Positions 1 to 10,947 of a stretch of DNA of 32,000 nucleotides are shown here, piece by piece. The translations under genes were made by a program, and so were the position numbers. The DNA is from Erysipelothrix larvae (GTDB taxonomy: Bacteria; Bacillota_I; Bacilli_A; Erysipelotrichales; Erysipelotrichaceae): NCBI RefSeq assembly GCF_001545095.1, contig NZ_CP013213.1, positions 1,320,001 to 1,352,000 on the forward strand, in the 5' to 3' direction. Each line of letters opens with the position of its first letter. The stretch's first letter is position 1. The notes below the pieces were generated by a model. The model had not been told where the DNA came from. It saw nothing but the letters and a program-made list of their open reading frames with translations, and did no database searches.

Positions 1-612
1 AACTAATTCAATTGGTTGATCAGCGTTAATATCTCGAACCAATCCTTTGCTCCTGTAAAATTCAATCACAGGGAGTGTTGTTTCTAAGTATGCTTGATGA
101 CGCACTTCGAATTTTTCTTCAGTATCATCGTCTCTTTGAATTAAAGGTGTTTGATCAAGATCACAGATTCCTTCAACTTTAGGTTTACGTGTATCAATAT
201 GATAGATTGCTCCACATGTTGGACACAGACGACGTCCTGTAATTCGTTTTACAAGTTCATCATGATTTACATCTAGATTTAATACTAAATCAATCGGACG
301 ATTGATTTCCTTTGACATCACATCAAATGCTTCTACTTGAGCGATACTACGTGGGAATCCATCGAGTAGATAACCATTTAAGCAATCACCTTGTGAGATG
401 CGTTCTTTAACCATACGGTTTGTGACATCATCTGGAACAAGTTTTCCTTGGTCCATGTATTCTTTAGCTTCCATACCAACAGGAGTTTGTTTCGAGAGAG
501 CTTCTCGAAACATATCCCCAGTTGAGATGTAAGCAATGTTTAATTTATTGACAATCTCTTTTGACATTGTCCCCTTGCCGCTTCCAGCAGGTCCCATAAT
601 TAAATAATTCAT
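1..612 (-). CDS. adk: Adenylate kinase, C-terminus cut by window edge
   Basis: Hand translation from the ATG at 612: MNYLIMGPAGSGKGTMSKEIV... The P-loop GPAGSGKG is present, as is the LID motif CPTCG...CDLD. The frame stays open to base 1. It follows secY as in the canonical spc/alpha region. Confidence 0.93.
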   Translation of the reverse strand, partial: MNYLIMGPAGSGKGTMSKEIVNKLNIAYISTGDMFREALSKQTPVGMEAKEYMDQGKLVPDDVTNRMVKERISQGDCLNGYLLDGFPRSIAQVEAFDVMSKEINRPIDLVLNLDVNHDELVKRITGRRLCPTCGAIYHIDTRKPKVEGICDLDQTPLIQRDDDTEEKFEVRHQAYLETTLPVIEFYRSKGLVRDINADQPIELV

Positions 613-630
613 GCTTACTCCTAACTAACT

Positions 631-1923
631 TTAGTGCTTGAAGAAACCAGAATAGGTTCTTTGTGCCAAGCGACCTTGAAGTTCTTTAACAGTCTCAAGT
701 GCTACCCCAACAACAATGATGATCCCAGTTCCACCAGGAGCTGTTGCATGAGGAATTGCACCGTTTGTAATAATCGGTAGCAAGTACGGTAGTAATGCGA
801 TAAATGCAATGAAGATTGCTCCAAATACAGTGATTCGGTTCAATACTGTTGTAATGTATCGCTTTGTATCCTTACCAGGTCTTACACCTGGAATATAGGA
901 ATTATTCTTACCAAAGTTTTCTGCAATCTTCTCAGGGTCAACCGTTAGGTGAGTGTAGAAGAAGGTGAAGAAAATGATCAATACAATATAAGCAATCAGC
1001 CCACCAGGTGTACTCAATGCAAGATACTGATTCATAAACTTATAAAGCCAAAAATCTTGATTAATCCAACTCATAATAACAAGTGGGGCTTGAAGAATTG
1101 CACTTGCAAAAATTACCGGAATAACGTTTGCAGAGTTTATCTTAAGTGGTAAGTGATTCATGTTTTTACCACGTGTTGCACCACTGCTTGATGAATACTG
1201 AATCGTAATTTTACGAACTGCTTGGTTCATAAATACAACTAATACAATAATCGTTAAATTCAATAATACAAATAAAGCAAAATAGGCAATACCACTTGCC
1301 GAATAATTGTTATCAGTAACCATTGAAGTAAATGCATTTGCATAGTTCGTAGGCATATGAGCAACAATACCAGCAAAGATAATTAGTGACATACCATTAC
1401 CAACACCTTTTGTTGTAATTTGATCACCTAACCAAAGTAGGAACATTGTACCTGCTGACATGACAGTTGCCATGAAGAGATAGCTTTGTGCTGAAGTATC
1501 CATTAAGATACCATATTGGTTTTGATAAGCAATCAACAATGTGATTGATTGTACGAACGCTAATACAATAGCAAGGTATCGTGTAATACGATCCATTTGC
1601 ATTTTACCCTTTTGTCCAGATTTCGCGAGTTCTGCCAAGTAAGGAATAATATCCATCGACAATAATTGAACAATGATAGATGCATTAATGTATGGCCCAA
1701 CCCCCATAGAGAAGATTGAGAATGTTTGTAACGCACCCCCGCCAAGCAAGCTCATCATATCTAGGATCGAATTAGAACCTAAACCAGCTTGTAACTTGAC
1801 ACGGTCCACATTAGGAACAGTCATGACTGTTCCTAATCTGAATACCGCTAGCATTGTCAAAGTGAAAATGATGCGATTTCTGATTTCTTTATTTTTAAAT
1901 AAATCAGTTATAAAGCGTATCAT
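631..1923 (-). CDS. secY: Preprotein translocase subunit SecY
   Basis: 430 aa polytopic membrane protein ([22 protein letters not shown]...) located directly after rplO. Confidence 0.97.
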   Translation of the reverse strand: MIRFITDLFKNKEIRNRIIFTLTMLAVFRLGTVMTVPNVDRVKLQAGLGSNSILDMMSLLGGGALQTFSIFSMGVGPYINASIIVQLLSMDIIPYLAELAKSGQKGKMQMDRITRYLAIVLAFVQSITLLIAYQNQYGILMDTSAQSYLFMATVMSAGTMFLLWLGDQITTKGVGNGMSLIIFAGIVAHMPTNYANAFTSMVTDNNYSASGIAYFALFVLLNLTIIVLVVFMNQAVRKITIQYSSSSGATRGKNMNHLPLKINSANVIPVIFASAILQAPLVIMSWINQDFWLYKFMNQYLALSTPGGLIAYIVLIIFFTFFYTHLTVDPEKIAENFGKNNSYIPGVRPGKDTKRYITTVLNRITVFGAIFIAFIALLPYLLPIITNGAIPHATAPGGTGIIIVVGVALETVKELQGRLAQRTYSGFFKH

Positions 1924-2363
1924 TAGATCACCTCGACTTTTCCACCTAATTTCTCAATAGCTTCAACTGCTGTCTTTGAGAAAGCATTTGCTTTAACTGT
2001 GAGTTTCTTTTCAAGTGCTCCGTTACCAAGAACTTTAACACCATCAAGTGTTTTACGAACAACTTTATCAGAAAGTAGCATTTCGATTGTTACTTCTGAA
2101 CCGTCTTCGTAACGATTTAGATCTGATAGATTTACGATCGCATAGTTTACACGGTTGATGTTATTAAATCCACGTTTAGGGATTCGTTTGTAAAGAGGTG
2201 TTTGACCCCCTTCAAATCCTAAAGCAACACCACCGCCACTACGAGCGTTTTGTCCTTTGTGACCTTTACCAGATGTCTTACCTTGTCCAGTAGCATGTCC
2301 ACGTCCTAAGCGTTTGCGTGGACGACGAGCACCTTCTGTATATTGCAATTCATGTAATTTCAT
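1923..2363 (-). CDS. rplO: 50S ribosomal protein L15
   Basis: 146 aa. [38 protein letters not shown] is typical of L15. It overlaps the secY start by 1 nt. Confidence 0.97.
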   Translation of the reverse strand: MKLHELQYTEGARRPRKRLGRGHATGQGKTSGKGHKGQNARSGGGVALGFEGGQTPLYKRIPKRGFNNINRVNYAIVNLSDLNRYEDGSEVTIEMLLSDKVVRKTLDGVKVLGNGALEKKLTVKANAFSKTAVEAIEKLGGKVEVI

Positions 2364-2375
2364 AAAGGTCTCCTC

Positions 2376-2885
2376 CTAGTTACGTACTTCTTTAACTTTA
2401 AGTTCACGAAGTTCAGCAACTTCATTTACTGTACGCATGTTTTCTAATGCATCAAATGTTGCACGAACCATGTTAATTGGTGTGCGTGATCCGATACATT
2501 TTGTAAGTACATCTGTTACACCAGCAAGTTCCAATACGTCACGTACTGCTCCACCAGCGATAACTCCTGTACCTTCTGTAGCTGGGCGAAGGAATACTTC
2601 ACCAGCACCAAATACTCCCACACTTGAGTGTGGTAAAGTACCTTCGATTAACTTAACATTGATTAAGTTTTTCTTAGCACTTTCGATTGCTTTACGAATT
2701 GCATCTGGAACTTCGTTTGCTTTTCCTGTTCCAAATCCAACGCGTCCTTTTCTGTCACCAACAACAACTAGAGCAGCGAAGCGAAAACGACGTCCACCCT
2801 TAACAACTTTAGTAACACGGTTGATGACAACAACGCGTTCTTCGAACTCTTGTTCGCGTTGATCTCTTTTTGGTCTACGACTCAT
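2376..2885 (-). CDS. rpsE: 30S ribosomal protein S5
   Basis: 169 aa containing [18 protein letters not shown]. Position in the cluster fits. Confidence 0.97.
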   Translation of the reverse strand: MSRRPKRDQREQEFEERVVVINRVTKVVKGGRRFRFAALVVVGDRKGRVGFGTGKANEVPDAIRKAIESAKKNLINVKLIEGTLPHSSVGVFGAGEVFLRPATEGTGVIAGGAVRDVLELAGVTDVLTKCIGSRTPINMVRATFDALENMRTVNEVAELRELKVKEVRN

Positions 2886-2896
2886 CTTAATCCTCC

Positions 2897-3253
2897 CTAG
2901 AACTCTAGTCCAGCTTCACGAGCTGCATCTGCTAGTGCTTTAACACGTCCGTGGTAGATATAACCTCCACGATCGAACACTACTACTTTAATGTTTTTGT
3001 CTAATGCTAATTTAGCAATTTCGTTACCAACTTTAGTTGCAGCTTCAATATTTCCACCCTTTTCGAGTTTTAATTGAAGTGAACTTGTGGCAACAAGTGT
3101 ATTTGCGTTAACATCGTCGATAATTTGCGCATAAATGTTTCCATTTGAGCGATATACACTAAGACGTGGGCGCTCTGGTGTACCAGAAACTTTTGTGCGG
3201 ACACGAATATGACGACGAACACGTTGTTGGTCTCTAGATAATTTTTTAGCCAT
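2897..3253 (-). CDS. rplR: 50S ribosomal protein L18
   Basis: 118 aa with [20 protein letters not shown] and the C-terminal ARE.GL.F signature. Confidence 0.97.
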   Translation of the reverse strand: MAKKLSRDQQRVRRHIRVRTKVSGTPERPRLSVYRSNGNIYAQIIDDVNANTLVATSSLQLKLEKGGNIEAATKVGNEIAKLALDKNIKVVVFDRGGYIYHGRVKALADAAREAGLEF

Positions 3254-3274
3254 AATATGTTAGCTCCTTTCCCA

Positions 3275-3820
3275 CTATTTCTTAGCGGCTGTTTTACCCT
3301 CTTTACGTTGGATAATTTCGCCTTTGTATTTAATCCCTTTACCAAGATATGGTTCAGGTTTACGGATCGCACGAACATTTGCTGCAAATTCACCAACTGC
3401 TTGTTTGTCGATTCCTGAAATTTTGATTTGTGTAACTGCTGGGACTTCTACTTCTAGATCAGAGCTAATCACAAATTCGATTGGATGTGAATATCCAACA
3501 CTCATTACTAATTTATCGCCGTTTTTAGCTGCACGATACCCGATACCTACTAATTCTAATTCTTTAACAAACCCTTCAGTAACACCAACGATCATATTGT
3601 TAATCAATGAACGTGTTGTCCCGTGAATTTGCTTCATAGGTTTTGAATCGTCTGGACGTTTTACAGTAACTGTATCACCGTCAACTTCGATTGTTAATTC
3701 GCTTCTGAACTGACGTGATAAAGTACCTTTAGGTCCTTTAACAGTCACCTCATTACCAGCATTAACGTCGAATTCAACACCCGCAGGAATGGTAATCGTT
3801 TTATTTCCGATACGTGACAT
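3275..3820 (-). CDS. rplF: 50S ribosomal protein L6
   Basis: 181 aa starting MSRIGNKTITIPAGVEF, and containing GYSHPIEF. Confidence 0.97.
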   Translation of the reverse strand: MSRIGNKTITIPAGVEFDVNAGNEVTVKGPKGTLSRQFRSELTIEVDGDTVTVKRPDDSKPMKQIHGTTRSLINNMIVGVTEGFVKELELVGIGYRAAKNGDKLVMSVGYSHPIEFVISSDLEVEVPAVTQIKISGIDKQAVGEFAANVRAIRKPEPYLGKGIKYKGEIIQRKEGKTAAKK

Positions 3821-3835
3821 TAAGGTTCTCCTCTC

Positions 3836-4237
3836 TTACCAAACGTAAGCTAAGACTTCGCCACCTACATGTTTTTGACGAGCTTGCTTATCGGTTACTA
3901 CACCTTCTGATGTAGAGATGATTGCAATCCCAAGTCCATTAAGAACACGTGGAATTGAATCTACTTTTGCATAAACGCGCATACCAGGTTTTGAGATACG
4001 ACGAAGTCCAGTAATTACTTTTTCTCCGTTTGGTCCGTATTTCAATACTACTGTAATAGCACGTGTTGGTCCGTCTCCGTCTACATGGTAGTCGCGGATG
4101 AACCCTTCTTCTTTCAAGATTCTTGAAATTTCTACTTTTTCCTTACTTGCAGGAATTGATACTACTTCGTGTTTTGCTTGAATCGCATTACGAATACGAG
4201 TTAGTAAATCCGCAATTGGATCTGTTGTCATAGTCAT
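3836..4237 (-). CDS. rpsH: 30S ribosomal protein S8
   Basis: 133 aa with [14 protein letters not shown] and a C-terminal GGEVLAYVW. Confidence 0.97.
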   Translation of the reverse strand: MTMTTDPIADLLTRIRNAIQAKHEVVSIPASKEKVEISRILKEEGFIRDYHVDGDGPTRAITVVLKYGPNGEKVITGLRRISKPGMRVYAKVDSIPRVLNGLGIAIISTSEGVVTDKQARQKHVGGEVLAYVW

Positions 4238-4254
4238 TTGAAACGTTCTCCCTT

Positions 4255-4524
4255 CTACCAGCTTGCCTTACGTACGCCAGGAATTTGACCTTTGTAAGCC
4301 AACTCACGGAAGCGAATACGTGACATTTTGTATTTTCTAATGTAACCACGTGGACGTCCATCTACAGAGTCACGGTTACGAAGACGTGTTGGAGAAGCAT
4401 TACGAGGAAGTTTTTGCAATCCCTCATAGTCACCAGCGGCCTTCAATGCAGCACGTTTGTCTGCATAACGAGCTACAACTTCTTGACGTTGTTTTTCACG
4501 TGCAATCTTTGATTTCTTAGCCAT
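4255..4524 (-). CDS. rpsN: 30S ribosomal protein S14, long non-zinc (C-) form
   Basis: 89 aa, [14 protein letters not shown]...IPGVRKASW. It has no CxxC pairs. Its ATG overlaps the rplE stop by 8 nt. Confidence 0.95.
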   Translation of the reverse strand: MAKKSKIAREKQRQEVVARYADKRAALKAAGDYEGLQKLPRNASPTRLRNRDSVDGRPRGYIRKYKMSRIRFRELAYKGQIPGVRKASW

Positions 4525-5071
4525 TAGCGCCGTCCTCCTTCTTGAATGGGAATCCTAAGTTTGATAATAATGCATATCCTTCTGCATCAGTTTCAGCTGA
4601 AGTAACGATAGTGATATCCATACCACGAACTTTAGTTACCTTATCATAATCAATTTCTGGGAAAATGATTTGTTCTTTAATACCAAGTGTGAAGTTTCCA
4701 CGACCATCGAATGAACCTGAGTTGATTCCACGGAAGTCACGAACACGAGGAAGTGCTAAGCTTACTAAACGAGTGTAGAAATCATACATTTTTTCACCGC
4801 GTAATGTAACTTTTGCACCAATTGGCATTCCTTCACGGATTTTGAAGTTCGCTACAGATTTCTTAGCTTTAGTAATAATTGGTTTTTGACCAACGATTGC
4901 GGTAAGATCTGCAACTGCATCTTCAAGGTGTTTAACGTTAGTTACTGCGTCACCAACACCCATGTTTACAACAATTTTTACAAGCTTTGGCGCTTGCATT
5001 ACTGAAGTATAGTCAAATTGCTTAACAAGAGCAGGAACTACTTCAGTTGTATACTTATCTTTTAAACTCAT
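4517..5071 (-). CDS. rplE: 50S ribosomal protein L5
   Basis: 184 aa with [15 protein letters not shown] and PRVRDFRG. Confidence 0.97.
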   Translation of the reverse strand: MSLKDKYTTEVVPALVKQFDYTSVMQAPKLVKIVVNMGVGDAVTNVKHLEDAVADLTAIVGQKPIITKAKKSVANFKIREGMPIGAKVTLRGEKMYDFYTRLVSLALPRVRDFRGINSGSFDGRGNFTLGIKEQIIFPEIDYDKVTKVRGMDITIVTSAETDAEGYALLSNLGFPFKKEDGANG

Positions 5072-5084
5072 CTGCTATACCTCC

Positions 5085-5396
5085 TTATTTAACTTCTTTG
5101 CCTGATTTAACAAAGACACGTACTTTTTCACCTTTTTTGTCTTCGCCCATGCGAACACGTGAAGGTGCTTTTGATTTTGAATCATAAAGCATTACATTAG
5201 AAGCATCAATCCATGCTTCCATTTCAACAATACCACCGTCAGGGTTAATTTGATTTGGTTTCATATGTTTTTTAACCATATTTACGCCTTCAACTTTAAC
5301 CTTGTTTTTCTTAGGAAAGACTTCGATGACATCGCCGATAGTCCCTTTATAAGAACCTGTGATAACTTGAACTTTATCTCCGCGTTTGATTTTCAT
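5085..5396 (-). CDS. rplX: 50S ribosomal protein L24
   Basis: 103 aa. MKIKRGDKVQVITGSYKGTIG is the KOW motif. Confidence 0.97.
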   Translation of the reverse strand: MKIKRGDKVQVITGSYKGTIGDVIEVFPKKNKVKVEGVNMVKKHMKPNQINPDGGIVEMEAWIDASNVMLYDSKSKAPSRVRMGEDKKGEKVRVFVKSGKEVK

Positions 5397-5406
5397 GAAA
5401 GCCTCC

Positions 5407-5778
5407 CTACAATACTTCAGGTGCTAATGACACAATCTTCATGAAGTTCTTTTCACGAAGTTCACGTGCCACAGGACCGAAGATACGTGTTCCACGAGGT
5501 GATGTTTCATCATCCTTCAAGATAACAACTGCGTTATCATCAAATTTGATGTATGAACCATTCTCACGACGAACACCATATACGCTACGAACAATAACTG
5601 CTTTTACTACTTCACCTTTTTTAACAGTTCCACCAGGAATTGCTTGTTTAACAGTTCCTACTACGATGTCACCGATATTTGATGAAGTACGGCGGCTACC
5701 GCCGAGCAAACGAATAACTAAGATTTCCTTTGCACCAGTGTTGTCAGCGACTCTACATCTTGTTTCATTTTGAATCAT
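5407..5778 (-). CDS. rplN: 50S ribosomal protein L14
   Basis: 123 aa, [18 protein letters not shown]...IVSLAPEVL. Confidence 0.97.
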   Translation of the reverse strand: MIQNETRCRVADNTGAKEILVIRLLGGSRRTSSNIGDIVVGTVKQAIPGGTVKKGEVVKAVIVRSVYGVRRENGSYIKFDDNAVVILKDDETSPRGTRIFGPVARELREKNFMKIVSLAPEVL

Positions 5779-5795
5779 AATCTAACAACCTCCAA

Positions 5796-6056
5796 TTAAA
5801 GTACAACAGCTTTTTGAATCAAACGGATAACACGGAAATGTTTAGTAGCTGATAATGGACGAGTTTCCATAATTTCAACTGTATCACCAACACCGTATTC
5901 ATTGTTTTCATCATGAGCTTTGTATTTTTTCGAATAATTTACACGCTTACCATATAATGGATGGCGTTTTGATGTGCTTACTTCTACGACTACCGTTTTA
6001 TCCATTGCATCAGATACAACAGTACCACGGTAAACTTTGCGTTTGTTTCTTTCCAT
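5796..6056 (-). CDS. rpsQ: 30S ribosomal protein S17
   Basis: 86 aa with [21 protein letters not shown] and HPLYGKR. Confidence 0.97.
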   Translation of the reverse strand: MERNKRKVYRGTVVSDAMDKTVVVEVSTSKRHPLYGKRVNYSKKYKAHDENNEYGVGDTVEIMETRPLSATKHFRVIRLIQKAVVL

Positions 6057-6070
6057 CGCTTTGTGACCTC

Positions 6071-6271
6071 CTACTTGCTGTCACTAAGCTCACGCTCAGT
6101 GATCACTGTCTTAATCCGTGCAATAGTTTTGCGGATTTCTTTTAGACGAGCAGGATTTTCAAGTTGACCGATAGCTTGCTTGAAGCGAAGATCAAATAAT
6201 TCTTCTTTAAGAGTATCGATTTCTAAGAGTAGCTTTGAGCTATCCATATCACGAATTTCTTTTACTGTCAT
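6071..6271 (-). CDS. rpmC: 50S ribosomal protein L29
   Basis: 66 aa containing [21 protein letters not shown] overlap with the rplP stop. Confidence 0.95.
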   Translation of the reverse strand: MTVKEIRDMDSSKLLLEIDTLKEELFDLRFKQAIGQLENPARLKEIRKTIARIKTVITERELSDSK

Positions 6272-6690
6272 ACTTTTTCCTCCTCACCTTTACGAACAAA
6301 TCGTGTTTTTACTGCTAATTTCATTGATGCAAGACGGAATGCTTCACGAGCTACTTCTTCGCTTACACCAGCAACTTCGAACATGACACGACCTGGTTTA
6401 ACAACTGCTACCCAACCTTCAGGAGCACCTTTACCAGAACCCATACGAACTTCGAGAGGTTTTCTTGTAATAGCCATGTGTGGGAAGATTTTAATCCAAA
6501 CCTTACCACCACGCTTCATGTAACGTGTCATCGCGATACGTGCTGCTTCAATTTGACGGTTTGTGATATAGTTACCTGTTTCAGCAACTAAACCATACTC
6601 ACCAAATGCAACAGTACGACCTGCTTTAGAACGACCTTCGTATGAAATACGATGAGGTTTTCTATATTTAGTACGCTTTGGCATCAACAT
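6268..6690 (-). CDS. rplP: 50S ribosomal protein L16
   Basis: 140 aa, [14 protein letters not shown]... Confidence 0.97.
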   Translation of the reverse strand: MLMPKRTKYRKPHRISYEGRSKAGRTVAFGEYGLVAETGNYITNRQIEAARIAMTRYMKRGGKVWIKIFPHMAITRKPLEVRMGSGKGAPEGWVAVVKPGRVMFEVAGVSEEVAREAFRLASMKLAVKTRFVRKGEEEKV

Positions 6691-6692
6691 AA

Positions 6693-7475
6693 TTAGTTAC
6701 CTCCTTGTTCTGAACTTTCACTTGAAGCTTTTTGTTCACCACGGTTGTTTGGGTTACGACGTTGGTTGTCACGGCCACCACGACGGCGACGGCGTTGACC
6801 ACGATCGTTACCACCCTTAGGTGCTTCAGGTTCTTGAACCATTTGTCCTGGTAATACTTCTCCACGACAGATCCAAACTTTAACACCAAGGATACCGAAT
6901 TGTGTCATAGCTTCATAATGAGCATAATCAATATCTGAACGTAATGTATGGAGCGGAACTACACCTTCTGAATATCCTTCAGTACGTGCCATATCTGCAC
7001 CACCTAAACGACCTGAAACTGCAGTTTTGATTCCTTTAGCTCCAGAACGCATTGTGCGTTGAATCGCACGTTTTTGTGTAGTTCTGAATGAAGCACGTTG
7101 TTCAAGTTGCTCAGCGATATTACGCGCAACTAAATGTGCATCCAAATCAGGGTTAGCAACTTCTAACACTTTGATTTGTACAGAATTACCTTTTGAGATT
7201 TTTGAAAGATCTGCTTTAACTTTTTCGATATTTGAACCGTTAACACCGATTACCACACCAGGACGAGCTGTACGGATAATGATGTCAACACGGTTTTTGT
7301 AGCGTTCGATTTCAACGCGTGATACATAAGCATCTTTTAAATTCTTGAAAATATAAGCACGGATTTCATGATCTTCGTGTAATAGATTTCCGAATTCTTT
7401 TTCAGCGTACCAGCGTGATTCCCAATCACGGATTATACCGACGCGTAAACCGACTGGATTAACTTTTTGTCCCAT
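6693..7475 (-). CDS. rpsC: 30S ribosomal protein S3 with extended Arg/Gly/Asn-rich C-terminal tail
   Basis: 260 aa starting [24 protein letters not shown]. The tail reads ...[42 protein letters not shown]. Confidence 0.96.
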   Translation of the reverse strand: MGQKVNPVGLRVGIIRDWESRWYAEKEFGNLLHEDHEIRAYIFKNLKDAYVSRVEIERYKNRVDIIIRTARPGVVIGVNGSNIEKVKADLSKISKGNSVQIKVLEVANPDLDAHLVARNIAEQLEQRASFRTTQKRAIQRTMRSGAKGIKTAVSGRLGGADMARTEGYSEGVVPLHTLRSDIDYAHYEAMTQFGILGVKVWICRGEVLPGQMVQEPEAPKGGNDRGQRRRRRGGRDNQRRNPNNRGEQKASSESSEQGGN

Positions 7476-7486
7476 TGTCTATCCTC

Positions 7487-7822
7487 CTATACGCGTTCCG
7501 AAACCACGATTGTAATGTGGCTTGTACGCTTCATGATTGGCGCTGCAGACCCTTTAGCACGAGGGCGGAAACGCTTCATCGTAACACCTTCATCAGCATA
7601 GCATGCAGAGATATATAGTTTCTCTTCATCTAACTGATGGTTATTTGTTGCATTAGCAACTGCTGATTTCAATGTTTTTCCAATAATCTTAGCAGCATTG
7701 TTAGGTACATACTTTAAGATTGCAGCAGCGTGATCTACATCTAAGCCGCGGATTTCATCTAGAACTAGACGCGCTTTACGTGAAGTTACACGTTGCGTTT
7801 TTGATATTGCTTTAACGTCCAT
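7487..7822 (-). CDS. rplV: 50S ribosomal protein L22
   Basis: 111 aa with [15 protein letters not shown] and [20 protein letters not shown]. Confidence 0.97.
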   Translation of the reverse strand: MDVKAISKTQRVTSRKARLVLDEIRGLDVDHAAAILKYVPNNAAKIIGKTLKSAVANATNNHQLDEEKLYISACYADEGVTMKRFRPRAKGSAAPIMKRTSHITIVVSERV

Positions 7823-8100
7823 TATCTACGACCTGCCTTCTTATCTTCTGCGTGTCCTGAATACTTACGTGTTGGAACAAATTCACCTAACTTATGTCCA
7901 ACCATGTCTTCAGTTACGAACACTGGAACGTGTTCTTTACCATTGTGCACCGCAAACGTATGTTCTACGAATTGAGGGAAAATGGTTGAACGACGTGACC
8001 ATGTTTTAATTACTTCTTTTTTACCTGACGCGTTGAGCTTTTCAACTTTAGCCATCAAATGATGATCGCAAAACGGTCCTTTTTTCAAACTACGAGCCAT
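7822..8100 (-). CDS. rpsS: 30S ribosomal protein S19
   Basis: 92 aa, [20 protein letters not shown]...GHKLGEF.PTR. Confidence 0.97.
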   Translation of the reverse strand: MARSLKKGPFCDHHLMAKVEKLNASGKKEVIKTWSRRSTIFPQFVEHTFAVHNGKEHVPVFVTEDMVGHKLGEFVPTRKYSGHAEDKKAGRR

Positions 8101-8122
8101 TTTTTATTTTTCCTTCCTTTCG

Positions 8123-8956
8123 TTACTTAGCGTTACGACGACGTACAATTAATTTAGTCGAAGCTTTTTTATTCTTACGAGTTTTAACACCAAGAGCTTT
8201 TTTGCCCCATGGAGTCATTGGTGCAACACGTCCAATCGGTGTACGTCCTTCACCACCACCGTGAGGGTGATCAACAGGGTTCATTGCAGAACCACGAACT
8301 GTTGGGCGGATACCTTTCCAACGATTACGACCAGCTTTACCGATATTTACTAATGAGTGGTCAGCATTCCCAACTTCACCGATTGTTGCACGGCAATGTT
8401 CGAATACTTTACGTACTTCACCAGATGTCAGACGAAGTGTTACATATTCGCCTTCTTTACCTAATACTTGAGCAGATGCACCAGCAGAACGTGCCATTTG
8501 GCCACCCTTACCTGGTTTTAACTCGATATTGTGGATTACTGTACCTTCAGGAATGTCTTTAAGTTCTAAGCAGTTTCCTACTTTAATATCTGAACCTGCA
8601 CCTGAATAGATTACATCTCCAACTTTTAGTCCTTTAGGAGCTAGGATATATCGTTTTTCACCATCAGCATAGTTTAATAACATAATGTTTGCTGAACGGT
8701 TTGGATCGTATTCCACAGTAGCAACAGTTGCTGGAATTCCATCTTTGTTACGTTTGAAATCGATAATACGATATTTACGTTTGTGTCCGCCTCCCTTATG
8801 ACGTGTTGTTATACGTCCTAAGTTATTACGACCACCTGTTTTGTCCAATGAGACCAATAATGAACGTTCTGGTTTTGATGCTGTTAACTCTTCATTAGCA
8901 AGAGTAGTCATCCCACGACGTCCAGGAGTCATTGGCTTATACTTTTTAATAGCCAT
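8123..8956 (-). CDS. rplB: 50S ribosomal protein L2
   Basis: 277 aa, [17 protein letters not shown]...[13 protein letters not shown]. Confidence 0.98.
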   Translation of the reverse strand: MAIKKYKPMTPGRRGMTTLANEELTASKPERSLLVSLDKTGGRNNLGRITTRHKGGGHKRKYRIIDFKRNKDGIPATVATVEYDPNRSANIMLLNYADGEKRYILAPKGLKVGDVIYSGAGSDIKVGNCLELKDIPEGTVIHNIELKPGKGGQMARSAGASAQVLGKEGEYVTLRLTSGEVRKVFEHCRATIGEVGNADHSLVNIGKAGRNRWKGIRPTVRGSAMNPVDHPHGGGEGRTPIGRVAPMTPWGKKALGVKTRKNKKASTKLIVRRRNAK

Positions 8957-9020
8957 TTAAAATAATCCTCCCTACGCAAATTGTCCGGAAATAGCGTAAT
9001 TCTTCCGATAAATTTCTAAA

Positions 9021-9305
9021 TTACAGAACGTCAATGTTTGATCCTTCTGCAAGTTTAACGATTGCTTTACGAACACCACGTGTTTTACCTTCGTATTTTC
9101 CAACGCGTTTTTTACGAGGTGCAACGTTTACAACGTTAACTTTTTCAACTTTTACATTGAAGATTTCTTCAATCGCTTGAGCGATTTCAATTTTGTTTGT
9201 CCCTTTAGCAACTTCAAATGTAACTTTGTTATCATTTTGTTGCATCATTACAGTTTTTTCAGTAATGATTGGGCGTAAGATAATATCTCTAGGGTTACGT
9301 TTCAT
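9021..9305 (-). CDS. rplW: 50S ribosomal protein L23
   Basis: 94 aa with DIILRPIITEKTV. Its start overlaps the rplD stop by 1 nt. Confidence 0.96.
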   Translation of the reverse strand: MKRNPRDIILRPIITEKTVMMQQNDNKVTFEVAKGTNKIEIAQAIEEIFNVKVEKVNVVNVAPRKKRVGKYEGKTRGVRKAIVKLAEGSNIDVL

Positions 9306-9934
9306 TATGCAAATACCTCTCCAGCTGCAACTGCTGCTTTTTCAGTAAATACAATGCGATCCGCATTTACGATATCGTAAACATTCAGACCTTCAACATC
9401 AAGTAAACCAGCATTTGGAATGTTACGCATTGATAGGTAAGCATTCACGATATCTTCTTGTCCGTCGAATACAAATAATGTTTTACGAGTGAACTCTAGA
9501 TTTTCCATGAACTTCACGAAGTTCTTTGTTTTTACTTCTTCAAATGAGAGGTTTTCTAATACAACCATTTGTGAATCTAAAACTTTTTGTGATAATGCTG
9601 AACGTAATGCTAAGCGACGAACTTTGCGGTTCAAGCTATAAGCATAGCTACGTGGTGTAGGACCAAATACGATTCCACCTCCACGCCATTGTGGTGAACG
9701 GATCGAACCTTGACGAGCACGTCCTGTACCTTTTTGACGCCATGGCTTACGACCACCACCACGAACCTCTGAACGGTTTTTAACCTTGTGAGTTCCTTGG
9801 CGTTGTGAAGCACGTTGCATCACGATTGCATCAAAGAGTGCTTGTTTGTTTGGTTCAATACCAAATACTTCTTCACTTAATTCAAGTGAATGAAGATTCT
9901 TACCTTCATGATTTAATACGTCAATTTTAGGCAT
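9305..9934 (-). CDS. rplD: 50S ribosomal protein L4
   Basis: The track ORF runs to 9973, but the ATG at 9934 ([11 protein letters not shown]...) has an AAGGAGGATT RBS at 9941-9950. The rest of the ORF overlaps rplC. Contains [19 protein letters not shown]. Confidence 0.93.
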   Translation of the reverse strand: MPKIDVLNHEGKNLHSLELSEEVFGIEPNKQALFDAIVMQRASQRQGTHKVKNRSEVRGGGRKPWRQKGTGRARQGSIRSPQWRGGGIVFGPTPRSYAYSLNRKVRRLALRSALSQKVLDSQMVVLENLSFEEVKTKNFVKFMENLEFTRKTLFVFDGQEDIVNAYLSMRNIPNAGLLDVEGLNVYDIVNADRIVFTEKAAVAAGEVFA

Positions 9935-10619
9935 TTTCAGAATCCTCCTTAGCCGAGTAATCAATAAGTTCAACAGGACTTGTTGATTTCACGTGTTTTG
10001 TAGTTGTCTTAACTACTACATAACCACGACGTGGTCCTGGAACGTTTCCTTTTACCAAAATGTAGTTGTTTTCAGTATCAACTTTGATAATTTCTAAATT
10101 TTGGTTTGTACGGGTACGTGCACCTTCGTGTCCAGCCATAATACGACCTTTATTGATGTAACCATTGTTACGTCCGCCAGTCGCTAATGAACCAACACCA
10201 CGGTGGAACCCTGAACCGTGAGCTTTAGGCCCAATTGCTTGGTTATTACGGCGAATTGCACCTTGGTAACCTTTACCACGTGAAGTTCCCGTAACATCTA
10301 CAAACTCACCTGCTGAGAATAAGTCAGCTTTGATTTCATCGCCTACTTCGTAGCTTAGTAATTCGCTACCAGCGATTTCACGAACAAAATGTTTCGGAGC
10401 TGTGTTAGCTTTAGCAGCATGAGCAATCTCAGATTTGTTCGCACGGTGTTCTTTAACATCAACAACACCTAATTGAACTGCTTCGTAGTTATCTGTTTCT
10501 AATGTCTTCTTTTGAAGTACAACATTAGGCAACACTTCAACTACGCTTACAGGAATTAGAGTACCATCAGTCGTGAAGACTTGAGTCATCCCTAATTTAC
10601 GTCCTAATAAACCTTTCAT
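9927..10619 (-). CDS. rplC: 50S ribosomal protein L3
   Basis: 230 aa, [16 protein letters not shown]...VKG.VPG. 8-nt overlap with the rplD start (AATGCCTAA). Confidence 0.97.
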   Translation of the reverse strand: MKGLLGRKLGMTQVFTTDGTLIPVSVVEVLPNVVLQKKTLETDNYEAVQLGVVDVKEHRANKSEIAHAAKANTAPKHFVREIAGSELLSYEVGDEIKADLFSAGEFVDVTGTSRGKGYQGAIRRNNQAIGPKAHGSGFHRGVGSLATGGRNNGYINKGRIMAGHEGARTRTNQNLEIIKVDTENNYILVKGNVPGPRRGYVVVKTTTKHVKSTSPVELIDYSAKEDSENA

Positions 10620-10635
10620 CTAATAACTCCTCCTA

Positions 10636-10947
10636 CTAAAGTTTGATCTCGATGTCAACACCGCTTGGTAACTCAAGACGACTTAATGCGTCAATTGTTT
10701 CAGGTGTTGGACCAACAATTTCAATCAAACGCTTATGCGTTCTTGATTCAAATTGTTCACGAGAGTCCTTATTAACATGTGGTGAACGTAAGATTGTAAC
10801 AATCTCTTTTTTTGTTGGCAGTGGAACTGGACCAACAACTTTGCTTGCACCATGATCATTTGCCGCTTGAACAATCTTCTGAGCAGCACTATCAATAGTG
10901 CGGTGTTCGTATGCTTTTAAGCGTATACGAATGAAATTCTTTGCCAT
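10636..10947 (-). CDS. rpsJ: 30S ribosomal protein S10
   Basis: 103 aa, [26 protein letters not shown]... AGGAGG RBS at 10956-10961. Confidence 0.97.
   Translation of the reverse strand: MAKNFIRIRLKAYEHRTIDSAAQKIVQAANDHGASKVVGPVPLPTKKEIVTILRSPHVNKDSREQFESRTHKRLIEIVGPTPETIDALSRLELPSGVDIEIKL

Noticed and set aside
2437-2862. 141-aa ORF on the + strand. Similar + strand ORFs occur at 949-1152, 1673-1960, 3324-3626, 5441-5773, 8209-8562 and 10643-10855.
   Set aside because: Each lies entirely antisense to a strongly conserved ribosomal protein or secY gene. None has an RBS. Their composition (Ser/Thr/Pro/Arg-rich) is typical of antisense frames of r-protein genes.
6668-6889. 73-aa minus-strand ORF with VV/TT repeats overlapping the rpsC 3' end.
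   Set aside because: It is an alternative frame of the low-complexity Arg/Gly-rich tail coding region of rpsC. It has no independent start signals.
9935-9973. 13-aa N-terminal extension of rplD ([13 protein letters not shown]).
   Set aside because: It lies inside rplC. The ATG at 9934 has a strong AAGGAGG RBS and gives the canonical L4 N-terminus.
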